Shown: positions 11,221 through 21,574 of the stretch, one piece after another | How positions within the stretch are numbered: the stretch's first letter is position 1 | Layout of the letters: each line of letters opens with the position of its first letter | Assembly (NCBI GenBank): GCA_002269645.1 | Contig: NIVC01001227.1 | Coordinates: 34,682 to 82,328, forward strand | DNA length: 47,647 nt | Source: Macrostomum lignano | Taxonomy: Eukaryota | Direction of reading: 5' to 3' | Position numbers and translations under genes: made by a program | The notes under the pieces: model-generated | The model's input: only the letters and a program-made list of their open reading frames with translations | What the model was told of the DNA's origin: nothing | Database searches by the model: none

Positions 11221-13244
11221 ATGCTTCACTGTCTGCTGCTGCGATGCATTCGCCCAAATCCAGCCGCAGCTCTGCCTCGGCTATTGAATCGCTTTGCTGG
11301 CAACTCAGCAACAGCCGCCTCTGGCGGGGCCTCCCCTGCCAGCCCGGCCCCACTGCAGCCAGCGGCCGTGCAGTTCTACAGGCGAGCCCTGCCAGCCAAC
11401 TGCGTGGCATTCGGCAGCCCGAGGGCAAGCAAGTATTCCGCGAGGCCCTTGAGGCCGGCTTCATGGAAGGCTATTTTTCCCTGGCTTCGCAGTATCGAAC
11501 TCAGGACGATCCGTCATTCTGCGGCCTGGCAACGCTGGTGATGTGCCTCAATAGCCTGGAGGTGGATCCTGGAAAAGTTTGGAAAGGTCCCTGGCGATGG
11601 TTTCACGAAGAGATGCTGGACTGCTGCGTGCAGGTGAGGCAGGACAAACAGTCGGGAAGGAACCCAGATCAACGGTTTTCCCAGGGGAGGGTCAGCTGAC
11701 CCCCTTGTCCCCCACAGGATTTAGCAGGGTCTTCTAATCCCCGTGACCCCTTGTCTCCCCCACAGGATATAGCTAGCAGGGATAGCAGGGTCTTCTATTC
11801 CCCGTGACCCCCTTGTCCCCCCACAGGATATAGCAGGGTCTTCTAATCCCCGTGACCCCTTGTCCCTCCCACAGGATATAGCAGGCTCTTCTAATCCCCC
11901 TGACCTCTTTGTCCCCCCACAGGATATAGCAGGGTCAACTAATCCCCGTGACCTTGTCCCCCCACAGGATATAGCAGGGTCAAATAATCCCCGTGATCCC
12001 CTTGCCCCCCCACAGGATTTGGCAGGGCAACTTATCCCTGTGACCTCCTTGTCCCCCCCCCCCACGGGACTTGCTATTGTGCTTGTAATTTTGCGTTGTT
12101 CAGTAATTAAAAAAAATGCAAATACTAATGACCCTACTGTTAGTAGAAATGTAAAAATAGTATTATTTTTTTTGTTCAGCTACTTAGAGTAGAAATATAA
12201 GTAAAATATGCGAAAATACTTGACTTGCGCCCACAGGTGGACCGGGTCCGCAAGCACGGCCTGACCCTGACTGAATTTGCCTGCCTGGCTGGCTGCAATT
12301 CGCTCCAGGTGCGCCGCCTGGTGCATCCCGCCTTCGACGCCGATCCTCAAGCCGACGCCGCCGGCCTCGCCGAATTCGAAGCGACCGTTCGCGACTGCAG
12401 CCGCACGGACGGCTGCATCTTGGTGGCCAGCTACAGCCGGCGAGCGCTCGGCCAGACCGGGGACGGCCACTTCGCCCCGATCGGTGGCTTCCACCCGGAC
12501 AGGCAGCTCGTGCTCATATTCGACACGGCCCGGTTCAAGTATCCGTCGCATTGGGTGCCGCTGCGCCAGCTCTGGGATGCGTTGAAGCTGCCAGACTCGG
12601 CCACTGGACGGCCGCGCGGCTACTGCGTGCTGGCCAAGGCCCCGGGCCTCACCGCCTTCCGCGTCTCGCAGCGATTCGCCACTGGCGTCCGGCAGCCGGA
12701 CTCGCCGCTGCTGCGGCTGGCGCGCGACTTTGAGGACTGGCTGGCCGCGGAGGTTGAGGTGGGTGCGCCAGCCAATCAGATCAGAGAGATGAGTGAAGCT
12801 ATCGCGGCCCTGTCGCAGGCGGCCGGGCAGCTGGGCCGGCTGTGCGGCCGCCACCGGTTGGCCGAGGCCGTTCTCAGTCGGCAGCGTCAGGCCGCGGCGG
12901 ACGCGGATGCCGAGGCTGTGCTGGCGGCGCTACGCTCGCTGCCGGCGCTCGGCCCGGTCGGCGACGCCTTCCTCGCCGGCCTGAGGCAAAGCGCAGCCGC
13001 CGCAGGCGTGGCCGCGGATGTCCAGCTTGAAGGCGACAACGGCTGCGGCGGTGCGGACGGCTCGCTGGCCCTCCTGACGCTGCTGGCTTGGCCGATGCCG
13101 CCGGGTTCGGCCCGTGCCGCTCTGCTAGCGGAGGCGCGCGATTGGGTGCTGCGCTGCGCGCCGAACCGCCTAGCAACGGAGGTGCAGCTGTTGCGCAATC
13201 AGCTATCGACAATATTCGAGATAGCGCCCGTGCGAGTCTCGTGA
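11221..13244 (+). CDS. PCS1: Phytochelatin synthase (glutathione gamma-glutamylcysteinyltransferase); exons 11221-11633 and 12237-13244; 1-nt deletion at ~11418-11420; ~473 aa if corrected
   Basis: FYRRALP...[27 protein letters not shown] (catalytic Cys), [26 protein letters not shown] (His), [11 protein letters not shown] (Asp); phase-0 GT-AG intron. Confidence 0.93.
11700..12060. repeat. Intronic minisatellite (~45-48 bp) in the PCS intron
   Basis: ccccacaggatatagcagggtcttctaatccccgtgacc... about 7 copies. Confidence 0.9.
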
Positions 13245-13270
13245 ATTTGGAATTTGCGCATTTTGTTTAC

Positions 13271-13759
13271 AAAAACGGCCCTTTTCGGGGCATTGATTTA
13301 CCCGTTGAAAACGTTATCGCGAGAAGAACTGCTAAGGAGTCATTTCAAACAGCTCACTGGCGACTCTTGTGACTTTTTAACGACCGACCCAAACGACTGT
13401 AATGCGACGGAGAGGTGACTTAAGTCGCAAAAATATTGTCTGAAGTCGCTTAACTTTTTACTTAAATGCAAAATGCGATTCTAGATAATTATAAATTATA
13501 ATAAATTGACGCAGATCCGCTTTAGCCGCAACTCTGTGGTTCTACAGCGACTCCAACATGCCTCAGAAACGGTATTATTACCGTGACTCGACGGTTTCAG
13601 AGTCCCAGACAATAAAACGCCTCAAATTGACTCTTAGGCGACTCTTTGACGACAATTTGGCAACTTTTACCGTGATATCTGTTCGTTTTAGAGTCGTCTG
13701 GAATCAAAAATCGGAGCTGTGCTTTGTTTGAAATGAAGTGCCTTAAAAGGGCCGTTTTT
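13271..13759. mobile_element. Candidate MITE just downstream of the PCS stop codon
   Basis: Perfect 15-bp inverted repeat aaaaacggccctttt (13271-13285) / aaaagggccgttttt (13745-13759), imperfectly extendable; internal gcgact/agtcgc motifs; no clear TSD. Confidence 0.5.
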
Positions 13760-13999
13760 TTTCATTTTTACGTAATTGCTAATCATGATGCAACAACCAA
13801 CTGTAGCTAACCTAATTATAATATTCTGCATTTTAAAAAAAATCCAATTCACTTTTTTATGGAATTATGCAATTTTTAAATATTACAATCTAAGTATTCG
13901 TTTTCATTGCTTTCATCAAGCAAAATTGCAAGTTTTGCATCTGATTTCTATACATTTTTAATGAGAATTACTCGCCATGTGTTCTGCTCTGACGTGAAT

Positions 14000-14816
14000 A
14001 AATAGAATAGATTGCTAATCTAGCCAATCAGAGGTGAATGAATAGAATGGATTGCTAATCTAGCCAATCAGGTGAATTAATAGAATGGATTGCTAATCTA
14101 GCCAATCAGAGGTGAATGAATAGAATGGATTGCTAATCTAGCCAATCAGAGGTGAATGAGTAGAATGGATTGCTAATCTAGCCAATCAGGTGAATTAATA
14201 GAATGGATTGCTAATCTAGCCAATCAGAGGTGAATGAGTAGAATGGATTGCTAATCTAGCCAATCAGAGGTGAATGAATAGAATGGATTGCTAATCTAGC
14301 CAATCAGGTGAATTAATAGAATGGATTGCTAATCTAGCCAATCAGAGGTGAATGAGTAGAATGGATTGCTAATCTAGCCAATCAGAAGTGAATGAATAGA
14401 ATGGATTGCTAATCTAGCCAATCAGGTGAATTAATAGAATGGATTGCTAATCTAGCCAATCAGAGGTGAATGAATAGAATGGATTGCTAATCTAGCCAAT
14501 CAGAGGTGAATGAGTAGAATGGATTGCTAATCTAGCCAATCAGGTGAATTAATAGAATGGATTGCTAATCTAGCCAATCAGAGGTGAATGAGTAGAATGG
14601 ATTGCTAATCTAGCCAATCAGAGGTGAATGAATAGAATGGATTGCTAATCTAGCCAATCAGAAGTGAATTAATAGAATGGATTGCTAATCTAGCCAATCA
14701 GAGGTGAATGAATAGAATGGATTGCTAATCTAGCCAATCAGGTGAATTAATAGAATGGATTGCTAATCTAGCCAATCAGAGGTGAATGAATAGAATGGAT
14801 TGCTAATCTAGCCAAC
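14000..14816. repeat. 40/38-bp tandem repeat (~20 copies), each carrying AGCCAATCAG
   Basis: aatagaatggattgctaatctagccaatcagaggtgaatg and a 38-bp variant interleaved. Confidence 0.95.
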
Positions 14817-15225
14817 AGAGTTATTTTCGTTACTGCGTGTGTACTCTTGTCATGTCTAATACAATTAATCACAATATATTAAGTACTTAATATTCTTAGG
14901 CCGCTTCTATTTTTCTAGGATGACAAGTAACAATTGCAGTTGACTGGATTGCCTGCAGTTTGATGATAAGCTGGTGATATAAGCTTTTGTTTTATTGTAA
15001 TTATATGTACTTTTACTGTTTATTAACGCTTGTAAAAAAACCTAGTTTTTCCTTACGCAGCCAAGTACTGTAAACAATACAAATATAATGTACTTATACA
15101 AGTGAGATTTTTGATGCGCTTTTTGAAGAAAGGTCTCTGTAAATGCTTTTAAAATTCCGGGTATCATCTGTGCTCACGGCTAATACTTAAAATTATTAAA
15201 ACCTTGCATTGTTTGGCTGCCAACT

Positions 15226-15620
15226 TCCCAGATTCTCAGTTGCTGGGCCAGCCTCCCAGATCCTCAGTCGCTGGGCCAGCCTCTTAGATCCTCAGTTGCT
15301 TGGCCAGCCTCTCAGATCCCCAGTTGCTGGGCCAGTCTCCCAGATCCTCAGTTGCTGGGCCAGCCTCCCAGATCCTCAGTTGCTGGGCCAGCCTCCCAGA
15401 TCCTCAGTTGCTGGGCCAGCCTCTCAGATCCTCAGTTGCTGGGCCAGCCTCTCAGATCCTCAGTTGCTGGGCCAGCCTCCCAGATCCTTAGTTGCTGGGC
15501 CAGCCTCCCAGATCCTTAGTTGCTGGGCCAGCCTCCCAGATCCTCAGTTGCTGGGCCAGCCTCCCAGATCCTCAGTTGCTGGACCAACCTCTCAGATCCT
15601 CAGTTGCTGGGCCAGCCCTG
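15226..15620. repeat. 28-bp tandem repeat (~14 copies) downstream of the lipase stop
   Basis: gttgctgggccagcctcccagatcctca. Confidence 0.95.
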
Positions 15621-15767
15621 ATCTGTCGTGCAAAATGAAATGATTCCTTGTTTCAGTTTACGAATAAGTTTGCAGACAAGGAAGCGCAGCCGCGTCAAGG
15701 TCAGACCACAAACGAGGCACCTCTTATTTATTCAGCCCGATGAGTTTCATCGCCATCAGCTACATTA

Positions 15768-18700
15768 TCAGAGACGCGTATTGTCATTGTTGAAAGAGAG
15801 CCCGGTGCACTGGTTCTCCTTCCACCAGCCGCCCAGGTGAATTCCGTAGTAATTCTTGTGCGCCTCCACGCAGGCCATCAGGTTGGAAGGGCTCAGGCAG
15901 GACCGCCAGTTGTCCGAGGAGTTGGCGCAGCTGCTGTCCTCGTTAATCGGCGTGCCGGTGCAGATGCGGTGGCCGCCGCTGCCGGGCAGCATGTCGGCAG
16001 TTCTCGCGAAGAAGACCTCGGTGCCGTGATGGTAGGGGAAGCCGAGGTGCCCGGAGCAGCTGAAGGGCGCAACCAGACGGGAGACGCCGCGGCTCGACAG
16101 CATCACCGGCGAGCAGATTGGCAGGTGCACGATGAGGTCCTGGAGAGTTTGAGCACATTTTTTATCCTGGAATCACGGTTACTTATTAGACTAGCTGAGG
16201 AAATGCCTCATATTGAGAGCACTTGGCCATCTGAGAAACTCCTCATTGACAGCACTTGGCCATCTGAGCAACTCCTCATTGAGAGCACTTGGCCATCTGA
16301 GCAACTCCTCATTGAGAGCACTTGGCCATCTGAGCAACTCATCATTGAGAGCACTTGGCCATCTGAGCAACTCCTCATTGAGAGCACTTGGCCATCTTAG
16401 CAACTCCTCATTGAGAGCACTTGGCCATCTGAGCAACTCCTCATTGAGAGCACTTGGCCATCTGAGCAATTCCTCATTGACAGCACTTGGCCATCTGAGC
16501 AACTCCTCATTGAGAGCACTTGGCCATCTGAGAAACTCCTCATTGAGAGCACTTGGCCATCTGAGAAACTCATCATTGAGAGCACTTGGCTATCTGAGCA
16601 ACTCATCATTGAGAGCACTTGGCCATCTGAGAAACTCCTCATTGAGAGCACTTGGCCATCTGAGCAACTCCTCATTGAGAGCACTTGGCCATCTGAGCAA
16701 CTCCTCATTGACAGCACTTGGCCATCTGAGCAACTCCTCATTGAGAGCACTTGGCCATCTGAGCAACTCATCATTGAGAGCACTTGGCCATCTGAGCAAC
16801 TCCTCATTGACAGCACTTGGCCATCTGAGCAACTCCTCATTGAGAGCACTTGGCCATCTGAGCAACTCATCATTGACAGCACTTGGCCATCTGAGCAATT
16901 CCTCGTTGAGCAAGATTTGCAATAGTCTCACATTTCCGTGCACTACTCGCCAGCTGTTGGGCACCAGCCTGTCGAATGCCCTGGCAAAGAAATAGTCACC
17001 AACTCTCGGCTCGCCGAGCGAGTAGAAGGCCAGACGGCCGGGCGTCACGCCATCAATGGCGGCCAGACTGGCTGCTGCGAGGGCCGCCATTGCGCCTCCG
17101 AGTGAGTGTCCGGTGACCAACAGGCTGTGGTCAGGGTTGGCCCGCATCAGCGCCAGCGTCGGCTCGTGAAGCTGCGGCCAGAGCGCTTTGAATCCGTTGC
17201 TAAAGTACGCCTGTACTTTGCCGCCGATCGGGAAGGCCTCCTTGGGCATGGCGAGGCCCATGAGGCCCTCAACCAGCAGTTGGCTGCTGCCGGTGGTGCC
17301 ACGAAAGGCGAGCACGATCAGCTTGCGGTCCGGCAGGCGGCCTGTGGTTCAGGTTTTGGAACTTTTATTTTTGTTTCTCTATCAATGACTTCTTTAAGTC
17401 TGTATGGGGGTTTTGCCCAGCAAACTCGAACTTGAAAACAAACAGCAGCAAAACAGAGTAGGAAAAGCGTCTCAGGGCGCGCCTCAAGACTTGGGATCGA
17501 ACGTCAGAATCTGAAGCGCTGGCGTCAGCAGCTGCAACTCTTTTATCAGCTGTGACCAGCAGGACTTGACAAGACTCTGTGACCTACCTGCTGGAGTCGC
17601 CGACGTCACGACAGGTGGCTAAGTCTGCATTTTTGATGACTTCCCGCTCAGGGGGTGTCTGAACTGGCGGGATGTCTCTCCGACATTTGCGGAACGGCGT
17701 CACAGAAGACACAGTGGTAGAGAGCCGCAGCCTGTCTGTCATGCATACTGTATGACTGATGGTTGCTGTTGGTAGAATAGAATCTACAACTTAGCTTTTC
17801 GGCTTAGATGTAGCTTACTCGTAACAGAAGCATGCAACAGTAATTTCTAGCCTTTGCTCTGCTTACATGTCCTCCGTGAGAAAGAGACATTATTTCGGAG
17901 CAAAGTCAGCAAATCTAGCTAGAGAACTCACCAACAAAGCCGGAGCACTCGTCGTGCAGCATGTCGCAGGCTGCCACGCCTTTGACGACGTCAACTAGAC
18001 GGCCTCCGCCTGCCTGCGCCGCCGGCGGGAAGTTCGCCAGACAGGGCGCCGGCTCCGGAGCGTAGGCAGCGCCCGAGATAGCGGCGGCCAGCTCGCTCAG
18101 CCGGGCGTCGAACTCGTAGTGGCCGTTGTCCGGCTCGTGGCACTTGCCGGGATCCACGACCTCCTGCGCATGATTGAACTTAATTACTTATTGAAGCGCC
18201 TTACGCTTGTAATTTGAAAACTCAGTTATAGAGTTTGAGAGGTCAAAACTAGCATAAAGCTCATAAAGCTTGATTATGAGCTAGTTTTTATCATTTAGTT
18301 CTTAAACTCAGCTGCAGTTTTTGTCGTTTGGTATCCATAATATGATATCCATCGGAAGGCTTGACTTGTCGACTGTCGGGTGTGAATCCTTAATTTCATG
18401 GCAAATCCCATCTCTTCGTGAATACAAAAAAGTATCTTTAAAAAAAGCTCAGAAGTGCAAGGAAGACAATTTGTTTTAGGAAGTACGAGCTATTTTTTAA
18501 AGCTTTCGTTGTCCATATCGAGCAAGAAGAATACTCGTAACTCCTGTTGTAACCAATAAGACGCTTTGGTTATAAAGGTTAGCGCAAAGGCTTACAGCGG
18601 CCCTTTCACACCATCATCAGTCCTCAAGGGCGCCAATCGGACGACAAGCCCATTGCGGCCAATATCTGTGCACGAGCCCTAAATTAATGCGGCCACGCAC

Positions 18701-19001
18701 TGAATCGAATCCGGTACTTTGTCGCAAGATTTAGCTTGTAGACGCGTTAGACTGAACCTGGCAAAAGGATAGGGAATTGCCCCCGTACCTGCGAGGACGA
18801 GCACTTGTTGACGAGGGAGCCGGGCTCGTGGCAGGCCAGGTCGATGGGGCACCATCGGCAGGAGGTGCCCAGCCAGGACTGGCTGGTGGCGCACTTGGCG
18901 CAGTCGGTGTGACTGGAGCAGCTCTCCCGCCTGCCGGCGCGGCCAGCCGACGATGCCAGCAGTAGCGCCGGGAGCAGCGCAAGAATCAACGGCCGCAACA
19001 T
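15768..19001 (-). CDS. Secreted class-3 lipase with an N-terminal PSI-like Cys-rich domain; exons 19001-18789, 18163-17932, 17341-16932, 16139-15768; 408 aa
   Basis: Signal peptide MLRPLILALLPALLLASSAG; C-x5-C-x2-C...CRWC...C; LIVLAFRGT, VTGHSLGG (Ser), GEPRVGD, N-DLIVHLP (Asp), AHKNYYG (His); splice phases consistent, total 1227 nt. Confidence 0.9.
16209..16905. repeat. 33-bp intronic minisatellite (~21 copies), lipase intron 3
   Basis: attgagagcacttggccatctgagcaactcctc. Confidence 0.95.
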
Positions 19002-19838
19002 TTCCTGGCTGCGTGTACTTTTGTGCTACTTTTCTGTAGGAAGTCCTTTCTGCTCCTGGCTTATGAAGCCCAAATAGTATCTGGAGAAACTTTAGTCCGT
19101 AGCAATGGATAAGCGGACAATCGGCCTATGGAGAGGCTTTTTTGTTCGCTAAAATAATCGACTCAAGAGGCCATCTGCCAGCACTCTCAGGCAGTTCGAA
19201 GGTTGAATCAGCTTTTGGCAAATGCCGTGCGTCTGGTACGTGCCGCTGCTATTATATAAATTGTATCGCATATCACAGATTTAGTATACTGAATAACATG
19301 ACTTGAACAACTGCGTGGCTTCATGACCTATACTCTGTCAGATTTGCCAATTCAAGCAGTTTAAATAGCTGATCTCGCATCACGTGAGGAGCATGTAACC
19401 ATGACCTGGAAGAAATCCCTCTAATGTCGATCTGAGCATTCGCTTTGAGCATTCAATGAACGTGCTACGAGTGTTATAGTGACGCAATTACTTCCATGAG
19501 CAATCGCATGCATGCATAAACTGTACAAAAGCACGTCACATTGCTTCTGCTTGAATGTATTGGCGAAGTTAAATGATTTATTGCAAAACACATTCTAAAT
19601 AAGCATTACAGATCAATTCCGACAGCCAAGCGGTAATTAGTAACGGCGCATAAGTTGCGTAGGCAATCGCGCTGAATAGGAGCTGGATAATCCATTGTTA
19701 CGTCATGTTAAATTTTGAATCAAAATCTCACAAGGCAATATGTTACATGAAAGTTCAGAGTACAAAGCTGTTAAAAATTAGATGCATTTGAAGAGGTTTG
19801 GAGCAGTCGGGACTGCATGAATTGCAGCTGTTGATCTG

Positions 19839-21012
19839 TCACCAAAATCGACCCCGAGCGCCCAGGTGAGCAGTCAGCGCCCTCCTCGGACACACCTCCG
19901 GGTCCTTGACGTCCCTGTGGAGTAGCACGATGCCGCGCTGCCGAGCGGTCTCAGTCGCTGTCTCAAGATAGAGGCTGGATTCGAACTTGCGATCGAAGAT
20001 GTCGAGGTAGGACAGACTCTCGGCCAGGCAGAGAAACTGCAGCAGGGCTTCGTCGCTGATGCGGGGCACACCGAAAAGGTTGAGGTGTCGCAGGTGCGGG
20101 CAGACTGTGCGGATCGACTCCAGGCTGCGGCCGGTGAGGTTGTGACAGCAGGTGAGATTCAGCGTCTCCAGCTGGGGGAGGCCCTGCAGCAGCGATCTCA
20201 GGTTGGAGTCGGTCATTAGGTAGCCATGGCGACGTAGATTCAGGATACGCAGGCCGGGGCATCGGGTGCGAACGATGGCGAGCGACTTCGGTGTCAGGTA
20301 GCAGCCTTCGAGGTCCAGGATTTCAAGTGAAGAGGACAGTATGCAATCCAGAGTTTGATTGTTGAGCATCTTTTTACTGCGAAGCCGCTGTATGAGTTGG
20401 CTGCGGGAGAACAAAAGTTTTTCATGCTTTGCATAATAATTCGACTCTGTTTGTCCATATTTATTGTGTAGCAACTTTTGCTTACCTTATCAGATAGTCG
20501 TCATTGAAATCGGAGAAGTCGTATTGCTTAATGTTCATGGCAATGGCATCCAGGCATATTTCTCCAAGTTTTTTTACTCTTGAATTGTCATGAAATGGCT
20601 TCTAAAAAGGAAGGAAGTAGTTTTACGTTTAAATCTAACTTGAACTGTTAATTGTTGTCATTTAGCTGAAAATATCTATGAATGGCATCTTTAAGACCGA
20701 AGTGATACTTACCTCTTCAAGCCGCCGTCCAAACGTAGCTCGAACAAATTGCTGACCATTTAAAGCATCCTGCTTTATTTCAAATCGTTTCACCCCTCGA
20801 AAGGAGACATCTTCTGTTATTACTGACTTCAACAATTCTTGTGCGTATCCTTTAAGTAAACTGCACTCAAGAAGCTCGTCGAGATCTACAAAGTCCCCGT
20901 CGTTAACTGCAAGACCCTCTTTGGCAGCACCATATCGAAGTAAATAAGCAAGAATTTTTCCTATCCGTTTGCGCACAATGGGGTCTAGCTGGCCCCTCAG
21001 CTTGTCTTTCAT
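19839..21012 (-). CDS. Protein with a Tpt1/KptA (RNA 2'-phosphotransferase) N-terminal-lobe-like domain, a BC-box-like motif and AMN1/FBXL-type LRRs; exons 21012-20713, 20601-20486, 20400-19839; 325 aa
   Basis: KILAYLLRYGAAKEGLAVNDGDFVDLDELL...VKRF...VRATFG resembles the KptA N-lobe; KLGEICLDAI; repeats SLEILDLEGC, GLRILNLRR, QLETLNLTCC, HLRHLNLFGV, SLSYLDIF; GT-AG introns give an open 978-nt frame. Confidence 0.8.
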
Positions 21013-21574
21013 TTTTGAAGATGCTTGATTTTTTGGTCGTATTTAGATTTGGTCTAAATAATAGTAAATATTACTCGCAATAATATAATGACAGGAAAAG
21101 AACTACTTTCTAAGGTTAAAAATGTCCACCTTGCTTTTATTTAGCTGTAACGAAAATTATTATTCTAAAATGTACAAAAATGTAATAATGCAACAAGCAT
21201 GCAATCCTTAAAAAAGATTGCGCAAGCAAAACCATATTCGTGCCTAATGGACATTAGTGTTTCCATGATTCTATTTTAAGATTTTTGCTAGCAAAATTGC
21301 AAAAAAACTGATAAGGCCGCTTGTGTATCCAAATGTAGTTAAAAGATAGTCTATATATGACTTTTATTTTGTTAATATCGGCTGTTTTCCTGTAAAAAAG
21401 AGATCGTTTTTACAAACATTTTTAATTCGGTTATAAGACGAATTAAATCGGATTGCAGTTGTGACAGTCTAGTGTCCTTTTTAATTTGAGTGGGTTTGAT
21501 TTCGACAAATCGAACTAGTAGTGCGGACGTACGGAGTAAGTAATTTTCGAGCTCTAAGTGCTGCTGTTAACAGC

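Noticed and set aside
16191-16995. Repeat-peptide ORFs here and at 15209-15643, 24806-25261, 26461-27174, 30115-31248, 32404-33275, 36960-37692, 44800-45335, 45742-46417 and 46897-47647
   Set aside because: They coincide with stop-poor minisatellites that lie inside introns with good splice sites or in intergenic DNA; no protein-family signal.
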